A DNA stretch of 63,428 bases, counting the filler, from Octopus bimaculoides (taxonomy: Eukaryota): the NCBI RefSeq assembly GCF_001194135.2. It is 5 parts of 5 records of this genome, joined end to end, with 100 filler letters (N's around TTAATTAATTAA, not from the genome) between each part and the next. Parts side by side here need not be neighbours in the genome. Positions count along the whole stretch, not along the records: positions 26,573 to 52,774 come from NC_068996.1; 4 more parts are not named here. One strand, 5' to 3'. Shown here piece after piece: positions 38,196 to 51,675 of the stretch (position 1 is its first letter; every line of letters begins with the position of its first letter). The position numbers were made by a program, and so were the translations under genes. A model generated the notes under the pieces. It was not told the origin of the DNA, did not search any database, and worked only from the letters and a program-made list of their open reading frames with translations.

Positions 38196-39163
38196 ACACA
38201 CACACACACGACACAACACACATATATGCGTATATACATAAATTCCCAGCCACAATATATAGCTACAAAAATAGCGAAACTGATACTTGATTCCAGATTA
38301 TAATGCATTAAATGGATGACAGATTAATAGTAATTGGATAGAAGGTTACCTAACAATAAGCCGCTGCGAGGTCGTTTTAACTCCTAAAAATAGCAGTCAA
38401 AATTTCCTGCATACCACATCTTACAGTAATAAAAAAAGAAAGAAAACACAGCTGGAAAACATAGACATAGATATGAAAAAATAAAACGGCGGGATGGTCG
38501 CGGCGACTGAAATATCTTGGATTATAGGCCTTTGCTTAGAAATTAAACCACAGTAACAACATAACGTTCACTTCGTCACTGCCTTTACCATCAGCATCGA
38601 GAACAATCCTACTCGTCAGCATTTTACAACCACAGTTACCACCAGTATCATCATAATCATCACCACCCTACTGCTGCTGCTGCTGCCCTTCTCTTCCCCC
38701 CTGCTGCTCGCTATCGTTCCGTAACAACCTTAATTAGATTAAAAGAAATATGACGATACGATTTGTATTAAAGAAAAATAGAAAATATTTCAGAGATAAC
38801 TTTCCGAGATCTTTTTTGTCGTTCATTGGCCCTAGTCGGCCCTTATAGAATACATCTATAATATTTTTAGCAGGGCTTTCGGCTCCTAATGCATATACTC
38901 CTTGGTTCATGTAGAAGTTATACATGAAAATCATAAGTTTATGTGAGACATTTTACAAAATACTTAAAAGGAAAGAAAATGTTGGGTTTAAGCATCCATG
39001 AAATCCCAGTTATAAAAGATCTATTTCCTTATTTAACAATACGCATACGAATATCATGTATGATACATTTGAAGTTTTAATATTGATATTCTTTTCTTTT
39101 AGAAAACCAGCTACCGAAAAGATAGGCAATAAGGTATTTAGAAGAAAAATACTTTTAGATAGA

Positions 39164-39678
39164 CTTTCATAAATAAAAGCATAGATTTTGTTACTGCATA
39201 TTTTTCGTTTGTGTTTTTGTATCGACATGTGTCAATTTACACAAAGTTGACATCTAGTATTGCTATGTCTAATCCTAGTAAATTTAGTAAAAAGCAAAAG
39301 AACCCCGCCCAAATAATAATAATAATAAATAAATAAATAAATATATAAATAAATAATGAAAAATAAAGAAATGTCATGCAGAAAAGATACGTTTAAGGAT
39401 TTAAACAGTTTTACTCAATTGTAGTGATTAATATCTTTGTAATGATTGGTTAAGATATTTGACACTTGTAACTCACAAATTTTTCTGTATATTCTATTTT
39501 ACTTGAGGTATCTGAATTGTTTTCATGCTTAGACAAATAAGGAAACTATAAAAGCAATGTGAAAAACTTGACTAGCATAATTCAAAAAAATTCGACACAT
39601 GTCGATACAAACGAAATTTTCTATAACATGAGTATGAAAAATATGCAGTAACAAAATCTATGCTTTTATTTATGAAAG
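39164..39678. repeat. Inverted repeat pair 39164-39233 / 39594-39678
   Basis: CTTTCATAAATAAAAGCATAGATTTTGTTACTGCATATTTTTC and TTGTATCGACATGTGTC each present in inverted form. Confidence 0.8.
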
Positions 39679-39712
39679 ATTATAAATTTTACTTATCCTA
39701 GGTGTGTTCTAG

Positions 39713-39817
39713 TACCCATTAAAACCAATCTTACTAACAATTTGGTTAGCAGCGGCACTACTGACGGCGTTGTCGTTATGTGGTGTATCTGGAGCCAATA
39801 AGCTTAGCAAGAGAGAC
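39713..39817 (+). CDS. Candidate exon encoding a signal-peptide-like segment and KR site (YPLKPILLTIWLAAALLTALSLCGVSGANKLSKRD)
   Basis: TTCTAG acceptor after a pyrimidine-rich tract, GAC|GTGAGC donor, 105 nt, locally GC/CpG-richer than its flanks. Confidence 0.35.
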
Positions 39818-42289
39818 GTGAGCGCAACACTAAAAGCAAACGACACCTATCAATGTTAAGGAGCTAACGCTACTTTAAGTAGTGAGATTTCCCTAACCTG
39901 AACTATTTATTTACAAGTAAAGAGTTGTCTAAATATGTCCCGACTCTCTGCGCTCTGGTTTCAAATGTCGCCAAGGTCAGTTCTACCTTTTTTGCCCTTT
40001 TAGAGTCGAGAGATAAAGTAAGTACCAGTCCATGGTAGGGAATTAGTGGAATTGTTAGAGTTAGATGTGATGACTTGCGTTATAAGTTCCAGCATTTTGC
40101 GTTCTGGTGTGACGCTGGTGCGGATAGGCTTGTATGTATGGACAAATGCTTGCTTTCCGCAGAAAATCGTGTACCGTGTCTGCGCTTTATATTGAAAATT
40201 TCCTACTGCACATACTTGCTGGAAGGTGGACTGGATCAGATTGCTTTCAAGAATACAATCCTGTCATCAGAATACGCGATCGCTGCCTAGTATCCTATTC
40301 ACCCCGTTCTGAAGACTTATAATAAAGTTTGCTTACATAAGCACAAGAGAGACAATCTTTTGGTGGTAAAGGATAATCGATTATATCAACATGATATGAC
40401 TGGAAAGATAAAAGTTAAAGATCTGAATTCAGAATTAACTGGTTAAGAAGATGTAATTAAATATTACAAAGCAATTAGTCTGCCACTCTACTAATTTACC
40501 TTCAATCAGTAAAGAATTCGATTAAGGCAAAGCTGGCAAAAAGCTGGATAATTAATCTTATTGGCCAACGAGATTGTTATTTAGCTTCAAACCCGACTTA
40601 ATCGAGCAGACTTTTCATCTAAGGGGTTCCAGTCATGACCACACTCACTTCATTTTCAGGCATGGTTTATCTAAAACCTTTTTGAAACTGGTAGAGTGTG
40701 ATCTGAGGGAAAATTGGATTCCTCTATCTACTAGATTGAGCAACAGCAAAATACTACCTTTTGTTGTTGTCAAACATATGCATTTAATGTGATCAGAATG
40801 TTAACTATAAGCGAAGATCTGGCGCCCAGTCAGACAAATGGAAGAATATAGTTCTGTTCTTAAAGTATTTTCAGCCGGGAAAAAAAAAAAACAAGGTTAG
40901 TATTCCTTGAAGTTCTCTAAAGAGAAATCTATAAACAGCAAAATAGATATAAAACAGGAAAGCAGGAACAGGAAAGTCAGACAGATATAACTCTTTGTTG
41001 TTTTGACTGTTGTTGTTTCTTGTTGGTATTATATAGCCTCAAACAAGCCATGATCGAAAATAACTCATGATCAAAGACATTACAGTCCTGACAATTCCAT
41101 CTTTCTCTTACATGCACCTAGTTACGATTCTTCAGCGTAAAACGGTCATGCGTCATTTGAAGGGAATTTGGCTGTTATTTCTAGTAGATCAAATGACTGC
41201 GTGGAGTCATTATCAGTGGATCACTGACCTTTCATTTATCTGTTTGTTGCTCTCCAGTTGGTTTGATGCAGCTTTCTCATTGGCTCACTGCTTTCACATT
41301 ATTTAAAGTTTAAAAAGACATTGGTAAGAAGCAAACAACTGTTGAAATTTCCTCGTAGAATTGCAAATTTAGTGTTAAGTTTGAGAGTAATTAATGAGTA
41401 AACGTGCGGATACGCTTCGCTACGAAGGGGAAAGCAAAGTGAAGGAAAATATGTTGAAAAGATAACAGTGGGACGCATTGGAAAACGGGTTATTGATTGC
41501 TATCCATCAACACGTGTGACCATCGAAGAAATTTCTGACCTCAGAAGATATTTTCGAGTAAATTCCATATGATAAGAATTTGTAAGAAACATCATTCATG
41601 TATCATTTCACTTAACAAAACTTCTCCAATATCAGGAAATACACTCATGCCCCCACTAATGTTTACATATGAGGTGGTGGTGGGCTTTAGGTGGGTATTT
41701 GACCTGCTAGAAATGGCAACCGCATTTCTCTTAAATCACATCACAGTAGAATACGTAAATCTGATAACTCGATTGTGTGGTACTACAGAGAAAGACCGGA
41801 TAGCTGTGGTGGGAATACCTTTAATCCTAGGTTTCCTCATCAGGATTCATGTCGAACTAAACAACAACAACAACGACGACGACGACAACAGCAAACTAAC
41901 GTGAGCTGAGTAGATTATGTTCTTGGATAGACATCATACACAGACATTTAGGAGCAAGAAAAAAAAAACAGAGATAGGTAGATAGAAATTGAGGAAGCAA
42001 GAAATACAAACCTAGGGAGAAAGCGATATTGAAAGAGAAAAAAAAAAGAAAAAGAGTGAAATAAATGAAGTGGTTGTACTTGATAAATCTTTTCATCGCT
42101 TTCGAATCGTGAGTGATACGAATGATGAAACGGTAATCAGAGAGGAAAGTAAGCATTGCTTTTCATTCTGTGTAGGTAGAAGAGTGTAGTAGACGTGGAT
42201 TAATGAGGATGATAATGATACTGATGAGATGATTGATTCTCTATTGGCAAAGAGATATATCGCGCTGTAAAACTTTGTAGATGTTTATG

Positions 42290-42348
<59 letters not shown>

Positions 42349-42349
<1 letters not shown>

Positions 42350-42656
42350 TACAAAGACCTGGAAATAGAGATAACTCGAATGTGGAATCTAAAAACAGAA
42401 ACAATTCCTATCATAGTAGGTGCCTTAGGTATAATAAAAAAATATTCAGACAAATATATAACAAAAATAGCAGGACTTACAAATATATATAACATACAGA
42501 AAATTGCACTACTGGGCACTGCACACATTCTACGCAAAACACTTTCAATACAGTAACCATAAGAGCATCACAGCAAACCACAGCACATACCCAAGGCACA
42601 CAGAGCTGCGCTCGGGAGTGAAGTGAAAGCACGTTATAAAAATAAAACTACTGAAC
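42349..42656 (+). mobile_element. 5'-truncated Dong/R4-like RLE LINE end inside (AAT)n
   Basis: YKDLEIEITRMWNLKTETIPIIVGALG...QKIALLGTAHILRKTLSIQ*; (AAT)n at 42289-42348 and 42657-42697. Confidence 0.85.
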
Positions 42657-42704
<48 letters not shown>

Positions 42705-42867
42705 TGATGATGATGATGATGATGATGATTTATTTATTAACCACAAGGGTTTACATTAAGAAAAACATTATGGACAGTACAGGACAAAACAAAGAGTGTG
42801 TGTGTCTGTGTGTGTATGTGAGTGTGTGTGATGTGAGGGCTTTTTCGTGGTATGAACGCTAACCTAG

Positions 42868-42960
42868 TAAAGTGCTAGAATGTAAGAAATATAAAACATG
42901 GGATTCTAAGATTCAGATTGACAGAAAAATAGGAACTAGAAGGTCTGATTTAGTAGTAGT

Positions 42961-43028
<68 letters not shown>

Positions 43029-43295
43029 ACAATAGAAATGACAGGTAATTGACTTCATAGTCCCAAATGACGAAGAAGTCAATATGAGAGATATAGAGAA
43101 AATAACAAAATAACAGGAACCAGGCATTGAGTTGCAGTGACAATGGAAAGTGCGGGTAAAAGTATATCCCTGATGTTATAGGTGCATTAGGAACTATCCA
43201 TAACGATTTGAACACAGGAACAGACGAAATAGGCATAAAACCTAGTTTAGAGCGGCTCCAGAAAACAATGTTAATAGCGACAGCTAGGATATTTT
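42868..43295 (+). mobile_element. Old degenerate RLE LINE fragment with internal (GTA/GCA)n
   Basis: IQIDRKIGTRRSDLVVV..IDFIVPNDEEVNMRDIEKITK..VIGALGTI..LQKTMLIATARIF, followed by TAATAATAA. Confidence 0.7.
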
Positions 43296-44139
43296 AATAA
43301 TAATAAAGATTTTCCAGTTTTAACAGTTAATTTTTTGAATGATTAAAAAAACTTAAATTACTTTTATGATATTACTACTAAAGTTAAATAGTTGTGGTTG
43401 TACGAATTCTATCTATAGACTTTCATAGCTGTTATTGTTGTTCTTTTGTTGCTATTCCTGCTCCTGCTGCTGTCGTTTTAGTCGTAATGGTAGTAGTCGT
43501 TGGTGTTGTTAATAATTTTGTTGTTATCGAGGCTACCGTTACCGCTGTTGCCGCCGTCATAATCGTCGTTGTTGTTTCTCTGCCGTCCATATTTCAATTT
43601 TTACCACATTGAAAATATTTGTTTTGACATAAAAAAACTGTCGAGTAATAATAGCATTTGCAGTACTTTCATTAACATTAATAATTCCTGCAATAATGGT
43701 AGAAATATTTGTAGATTAAAATATGAAGCTGTGATGTACTTAATATTGGAGACAGTGATTCCGGCGGTGTTAATAATGCATGCAAATCCGTTAACGTAGG
43801 TGTTGTTGTTGTTTTGACTCATGGTTAATCCTGATTCAACAGATTTATATACGATCAAAGGCGATCCACTCATGAGCATCCATCTTTTTCTTTAAGCTCA
43901 TATGTAGTACATATTTTTTCTCATATGTACTACAGATTTTTCCTTATTTTTTTCTTATTTGTTTTTAAGATAGTAACTTGCATGAAGGAAACATTGCTGC
44001 TATTGCTAGCAAACAAGGTGACCACGTAAAGGCTCTTTTTGGTGACGTTGCTCGTGTTGATGGTAATGAATGTGAGATTTATTTTGTTAATTACGTCGTT
44101 TTAGTTTTTGTGGTTGATCGTAGAATCAGTCAGCACCGA

Positions 44140-44345
44140 GAAATAACTTGCGGTAATTGTCCCGGCTATTTACCTTCACCTTTATTCGTCTGGCATTACG
44201 TTCTGAATTCAAATTCTGCCGAGGTCGACTTTGCCTTTCATCCTTTCGGGGTTGATAAATTAAGTACCAGTTGCGTACTGGTGTCTATCTAATCGACTAG
44301 ATCCCCTCCCCCAAAATTTTGGGCATTGTGCCTAGAGTAGAAATA
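44140..44345 (+). mobile_element. SINE family A
   Basis: TTACGTTCTGAATTCAAATTCTGCCGAGGTCGACTTTGCCTTTCATCCTTTCGGGG...GTGCCTAGAGTAG. Confidence 0.85.
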
Positions 44346-45976
44346 ATATTTACCTTCTCCTTTCCGTTCTGTCGAAGTCAGTATTGCTTTTCCTTCTTCC
44401 AGTGTCCCCGTCACCCCGAAATGTAATTGTACCAATCAAGTACTGCCGTCGGTTTAATCGACATCAAATGAAGAAATATATATAATACAAACTGAAGAGA
44501 CCTTTAGTTTTCTCTTCGAGAACATTGGCGGCGCGAGGAGGGAATTAATTCCTGCTTTGGGAATAACTGCTAATTCCATGCAAAGTTCCCTCGTTCTGTT
44601 TCTTGGAGAGGACACTCCAAAATAATATCACAATGAGCACCTAATACAGACTGAAGTAAAATTTACTAATAGCAAATTCATGATTTCACAAAATAGATGC
44701 TGGGACAGGGGTGATACTGTTGTTGATATTCTGTCCTAGATTAACCTTAAGTGAGAAGACACATACTAGCCCTTGACTACCATGTTTATTTCGGGATATC
44801 TAGAACAACATTATTTAATGTCTGCTTACCTTCTTTTTTTTTAGACGAAATTTGGCTGCTATTTTAAGCAAGAGGGATGACTCTATAAAAGCTTTCGTAG
44901 GTACTTGTTGATTGTTTGCTGTTTCCAAGATCTCAAAATCCAGCTTTATTACTACAAACATCAACAATAAAACTTTACCATCTACACTTTCATATTCCCT
45001 TTAGGAAAAACAATTTTTTTTTACACTTTAAACTATTACCCCCACCATCCCTTACTTCTCTCTCTTTCCCTCTCTCCCTCTCTTTCCTTCCCTTTCTCTC
45101 TCTCTCTCTCTCCCCTCAACCTAACCTCTTCTGGTGAAATGTAAGAATGTTTGTAAGTTTAGCAGAATCTGCTTTATCTGTGTAGTCAAATAATCCCAGT
45201 CACGCTAAGAATGTTCAGGTTTTGACATAGTAAGAATACATTTGTTTATATAAAAGAAGCGTATACATGTATGTATGTATGTATGTATGTATGTATGTAT
45301 GTATGCGTTTGTGTGTGGGCACGTACGTATGTATAAGCATGTTTATGCATGTATGTTCAAGTAAATACATACATTCACATACACGCACACGCACACATAT
45401 GTATGTACACATGTATGTGTATATGTATGTACATATATGTATATGCGTATAAACGTATGTATGCATATTATAAGTGCACACACAGGTCCTAAGCATATCT
45501 GTCTAATATATCACAACTTAATTCGTCAAGATATATTGCGAATTAACATTAAAGGGCCTATTGGCATTAGGTTACAAAATTTTGAGATACGATAATTGTC
45601 TAAATGGTACAAACTTTAAGAACTCAGAAATAAAAAACATACTCCAATCATATATACATACAAAATACCTCAACATAGTGGTACACAGTTTTATTTCTAG
45701 TAGTCACAACGTGCTCTACCAACCAATTTTTAAGTGACTAGCTAAAAAGTCACATGCAACAGTTTAGTGGACAACAGACCAAATGAGAAACCAGCAAGAA
45801 ACGAATCACCCAAATTTTATTATGGACCAGCAATTTCCTTTCTTGAATACAAAAATATCTCAAAATAATAAAACTGCACATCAAATATAACAAATCGCTG
45901 AAGAATTTTATATAAGTGTTAGAGATTTACTTGTCCGAAATGATACGCAGTAAGTTGCTTAAATACTATCTATCTC

Positions 45977-46050
<74 letters not shown>

Positions 46051-46495
46051 AAAAACAACCCCAAGATTAAATGCATGCAAAGCAGGGAAATACGTAACCG
46101 CTGAAAGCCCCTTGCACAAACAAACCAGCACCATCATCACAAAAAACACACACAATGCTATCAGCGATAGACACAAAAAACACAAGACTAATGGACTACA
46201 TCATATCTCAAACAAACATTTCTGAAGATAATTATAAGCTTAACAATCATCCACGCACTACACCGCCGAAACACATCAAAATAGTTCACATCACACAAAC
46301 GCAGCACCACACACTCAAAACCCTCTTTCCGAATGCGGTTGGGGGGTTCCAAAAATATTTATCAAAGAAACTCTTCAAAAACCTCCTCCAAGATACTTCA
46401 AAAGAAGAGGAAGCTAAAACTTTCGAAACGAGTAAGTAACCTTCTCTCTTGTCTCTTTTACTGTCGTGTGTGAAACACAAATTTCGACTTCAACT

Positions 46496-49400
46496 ATGCT
46501 TAAATTAGGTTGTGTAAATGTACGTGGCTTGGCGTCAGCTTGGAAGCAAGGTTACCTTCTAAATGACATCAAGTCACAGAACATAGAAATCATGGCTATC
46601 AGTGAAACCAGACTCAGTAACCCGCGGGCCCTCAAGTCCATGTTTGGTGGACATTTCGACATTTATTTTTCTCCTTGTCTGCCAAACATGGGTGGTGGTG
46701 GTACCGCGGTGCTTTTTCGGAAGTGTCTGAACCTAAAAGTAAGGCCAATATTCTTAGACCCGGAGGGTAGGCTGGTTGTCTTGGACGTCGATGGCACAAA
46801 CGGGTGTGCTTTCCGTCTGATGGCAGTGTATGCACCGTCCTTAACGGGTCGGGTGGATTTCATTAGACGTCTAGAGGTTTTCCTGGGAACGTCACGAGCT
46901 TTACTGTTAGTAGGGGACTGGAACGCTACCTTGGACACGCATATAGACTATGTGGGAGTGGATAGGAATAGAAGGGGATGTAAGTGCCTCATAGACCTGC
47001 TCAGACGTTTCCATTTGTCTGACAGGTTCCGACTCGACCATCCGAACGTGCCAACGTGGACTTGGACAAACCGCGTCGGATCGTCGAGATCGTATCTAGA
47101 TAGAGTTCTATGTAGGACAGAGGATAGAGATAGTGTAGGATGTCCACAATTTAAAATAGTCAGCTACACAGATCACAAATTTGTGACGTGTACGCTCGAC
47201 TTAGATAAGACACGTAGGCAGGGTCCCGGTTACTGGAAACTGAACGCTTCGCTCTTAGCGCGGCAGGTTTACAGGAACCGGATTAGTGAATTAATTAAGA
47301 GGGCGTTAACAGGAGCCACCGTTAACAACCGCTGGTGGTTTGTCCTGAAAATGGCAATTAAATAGGAATCTATTAGGTTTAGTAAAGAACTAGCGATAGA
47401 TCGAAATAGAGTAGAGGGAGACTTAGTTAAGAAACTAGAAGAGGCACCTACAACAGGCAGCGCAACCAACGTTTTGGCTGCGAGGATGGCCCTCGACCAA
47501 CACCTCAACGGCAAACACCAAGGTTGCGTCATCAGAGCTAAAATGCGTGCCTTAAGGAACGAAGGGATCGAAGCTGCGCGAGAAGCCCGGGTGGCGGAAG
47601 TGCAACGCGGTAACAGAGTGCAACGCGGTCTCTAATCGATGAGCAGGGATGCAGTTTGCTCGAACCCGAAAGGATGTGTGAGACCTTTCAACAGCACTTT
47701 GCTCGACTGTTCGGTGCGAGCGGTGGGTCGGAACGCAGGATGGACTTCAGTGCCTACCTGACCGGCCTGCCGCGGCTCTCGGCGGGAGAGGCAGAGTGTT
47801 NNNNNNNNNNNNNNNNNNNNNNNNNNNNNNNNNNNNNNNNNNNNNNNNNNNNNNNNNNNNNNNNNNNNNNNNNNNNNNNNNNNNNNNNNNNNNNNNNNNN
47901 NNNNNNNNNNNNNNNNNNNNNNNNNNNNNNNNNNNNNNNNNNNNNNNNNNNNNNNNNNNNNNNNNNNNNNNNNNNNNNNNNNNNNNNNNNNNNNNNNNNN
48001 NNNNNNNNNNNNNNNNNNNNNNNNNNNNNNNNNNNNNNNNNNNNNNNNNNNNNNNNNNNNNNNNNNNNNNNNNNNNNNNNNNNNNNNNNNNNNNNNNNNN
48101 NNNNNNNNNNNNNNNNNNNNNNNNNNNNNNNNNNNNNNNNNNNNNNNNNNNNNNNNNNNNNNNNNNNNNNNNNNNNNNNNNNNNNNNNNNNNNNNNNNNN
48201 NNNNNNNNNNNNNNNNNNNNNNNNNNNNNNNNNNNNNNNNNNNNNNNNNNNNNNNNNNNNNNNNNNNNNNNNNNNNNNNNNNNNNNNNNNNNNNNNNNNN
48301 NNNNNNNNNNNNNNNNNNNNNNNNNNNNNNNNNNNNNNNNNNNNNNNNNNNNNNNNNNNNNNNNNNNNNNNNNNNNNNNNNNNNNNNNNNNNNNNNNNNN
48401 NNNNNNNNNNNNNNNNNNNNNNNNNNNNNNNNNNNNNNNNNNNNNNNNNNNNGTCGGCGCTTCTGTATGTATTGACGCTCGAACCGCTACTGCGAAAGCT
48501 GATGACACTGAGGGGTATCCCACGGGAGCTGGGTTGCGGGACGAGCGTGTTGGCGTATGCGGACGATGTCACCGTCATAGTGTCGCGCGAAAAGCACGTC
48601 GAGATGCTAGGTGAGACACTTAAAGAATACGAAACGGTGACAAGAGCAAATATTAACCCGGAAAAGTCAGTGGGTTTGTTACTCAGCACCTGGAGAAGCA
48701 AGCCCATACCGTCCAACAGTGACTCCGTAGTGGGACGCTGGACGGACGGACCGGTTAAACTGCTCGGGGTCTGGTTCAGACCGGACCTCCAAATAGATAA
48801 GAACTGGGACGAGATCACCAGTAGAGTGATCAAACTCAGCCAAACATGGGCCGAGAGAAAGTTATCTCTAAAAGGCCGGGCGGAGGTGGCTAACGTGTAT
48901 ACCGCATCAGTCATCGATTACCGCCTGACCTTCGTGCCTTGTCCCGATGCCACCATCACGAAACTAGAACGCATACTTTTCCGCTTTCTGTGGAAGGGTG
49001 GCGTTCCGATGGTGAGGCGATCCATTTGCTGTCAACAACCGTTACAGGGAGGACTGGGGATGCCGTGGTTAATGATGCGCAGACAGGCGCTGAGACTGCG
49101 GCATCTCTGGAACTTCATTGACGACGGTGAACAGGTGAGGCGCGCCTTCCCGCAGCTCGTCTCACTCACCCAACTGCAAACATAGATCAAAAAGAGACCG
49201 AAACTGGGCGATTGGCATCGCAAGTGTCGCCAAGCTCTACAACAGCTCTGCCGTCCGGGATCAAACTTGTGCAACGTCCAAACGACCAATGCGTTCTATA
49301 GAGGACTAGTGCAGGGGAGGTCTGACGACACTCTAGGGGCAAACCTGGGTGTCGACGATAAAATTCCTAACCCGCCTTTTCAAGACGACGTTCGGGCCGG

Positions 49401-50545
49401 GGCCTATGGATAATTTCCAGAGATCCCTGACTTGGCAATGCTATCGAGAAGATCTACAGACACGGTTCGAAAACCACCAGACCGACCTGCCCGAGATGCG
49501 GTCAGAGCGACGAAACCGTTCTGCACGCACTCGTGCAGTGTCCAGATGTTTCAGAGCTGTGGACCTTNNNNNNNNNNNNNNNNNNNNNNNNNNNNNNNNN
49601 NNNNNNNNNNNNNNNNNNNNNNNNNNNNNNNNNNNNNNNNNNNNNNNNNNNNNNNNNNNNNNNNNNNNNNNNNNNNNNNNNNNNNNNNNNNNNNNNNNNN
49701 NNNNNNNNNNNNNNNNNNNNNNNNNNNNNNNNNNNNNNNNNNNNNNNNNNNNNNNNNNNNNNNNNNNNNNNNNNNNNNNNNNNNNNNNNNNNNNNNNNNN
49801 NNNNNNNNNNNNNNNNNNNNNNNNNNNNNNNNNNNNNNNNNNNNNNNNNNNNNNNNNNNNNNNNNNNNNNNNNNNNNNNNNNNNNNNNNNNNNNNNNNNN
49901 NNNNNNNNNNNNNNNNNNNNNNNNNNNNNNNNNNNNNNNNNNNNNNNNNNNNNNNNNNNNNNNNNNNNNNNNNNNNNNNNNNNNNNNNNNNNNNNNNNNN
50001 NNNNNNNNNNNNNNNNNNNNNNNNNNNNNNNNNNNNNNNNNNNNNNNNNNNNNNNNNNNNNNNNNNNNNNNNNNNNNNNNNNNNNNNNNNNNNNNNNNNN
50101 NNNNNNNNNNNNNNNNNNNNNNNNNNNNNNNNNNNNNNNNNNNNNNNNNNNNNNNNNNNNNNNNNNNNNNNNNNNNNNNNNNNNNNNNNNNNNNNNNNNN
50201 NNNNNNNNNNNNNNNNNNNNNNNNNNNNNNNNNNNNNNNNNNNNNNNNNNNNNNNNNNNNNNNNNNNNNNNNNNNNNNNNNNNNNNNNNNNNNNNNNNNN
50301 NNNNNNNNNNNNNNNNNNNNNNNNNNNNNNNNNNNNNNNNNNNNNNNNNNNNNNNNNNNNNNNNNNNNNNNNNNNNNNNNNNNNNNNNNNNNNNNNNNNN
50401 NNNNNNNNNNNNNNNNNNNNNNNNNNNNTTTTTTCCGCGATCCCTTTTGATCGAAATTATACCCCCTTTCCCCCCAAAAGAAAAGCTCTACATTGTAATT
50501 TGTCCATTTTCTGTATTTAGCCCTGTGTGGCTATAATAAAAAGAC

Positions 50546-50546
<1 letters not shown>
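46496..50546 (+). mobile_element. L1/Tx1-type non-LTR retrotransposon, ORF2 pseudogene (APE, RT, CCHC), two sequence gaps
   Basis: APE motifs GCVNVRGL, ISETR, VYAP, GDWN, SYLDR, TDH; RT YADDVTV; TCPRCGQSDETVLHALVQC; in-frame TAG at 47363 and 49183; frameshift at a 12-nt duplication (47600-47629); AATAAA at 50535 then (TCTA)n. Confidence 0.92.
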
Positions 50547-50603
<57 letters not shown>

Positions 50604-51069
50604 TCCTCTCTTTTCCCCCTCTCATATAGTATGACTGAGTATCTTTGCATATGAATGACTCCACAAAATGTCTTGGCATCGTGCTCATATTAAAATTGGG
50701 AAATGTTGTTACCAATTTTGTTGTCAGCATTGCTCTTTTGTTTACATATGTATATGCAAATCTCCACTATTTTTCACCTTTGCATTGCCATATATGTTTT
50801 GCGTTCCTTATGGCCTATAGAGAAATCATCATCATCATCATCATCATATCATCATCATCATCATCATCATCACCACCACCACAACCCATAGGGTATTGTA
50901 TGATTTTGTTTTGTTTTTCGTCTTCTTTGTTTACAATCCTGGAATCAAACATGATGGATCAATTAGGAACAACTTCGCTTTTCCTTGCCTGTTACTGGTA
51001 TATTTGGTTCATTATTTTCTAGCTTTTTACAGCGAAGTCCCATGAAATCATGTATTTCTCCGATTCAAA

Positions 51070-51147
<78 letters not shown>

Positions 51148-51184
51148 CATCATCATCATCATTATTATGAACATTATTATGAAC

Positions 51185-51675
51185 ATTTGGTAGTTTCAGT
51201 CAAATTTCTACTACATCACGTGTTACACCTCCGTGTTGCTGAGGTGTGTACGACTGTGTTTCTTTTTGTTGTTTGGAAAGTGTGAACTCTTTCCGATATT
51301 GTATTGCGTCTTTTTTGTTTTTGCTATGGGGTTTGGTTGCTATCTTTTGTCGTATTAGTATTTTGTGCTGAGTGTTATGTGTGTAATGTGAGTTGTGTTC
51401 TTCTATTGGGTATCTGACCTGTTCGTGGTTGTTTGTCGTATTGGATATTTGCTATATAGAATGTGCCTTGTGTTTGTGGATTGTTTCGTTTGAGTTGCAT
51501 TATTGAGTTGATAGTGTCCTGCATAGGATGTGAGCTGTTCTTGGCGGAGCTATATTTTGGCTAGTGTGTATTGTTCAGGGTCCAGGTATAGCCTCTACAT
51601 TTTTGTTCACATATTCTTTTTATCATGCCCAATGCTCCAGTTATTGGGATTGTCTTCATCCTCATGCCTCATAGC
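51185..51675 (-). mobile_element. Dong/R4-like RLE LINE extreme 3' end
   Basis: Minus strand KTIPITGALGMIK / QNIAPPRTAHILCRTLSTQ* (stop at 51500), A-rich UTR, then (AAT)n. Confidence 0.7.

Noticed and set aside
41569-41904. 111-aa ORF
   Set aside because: It runs through an old short repeat (GACCTGCTAGAAATGGCAACC..., related pieces near 22910, 38385, 41165, 44845) and a microsatellite.
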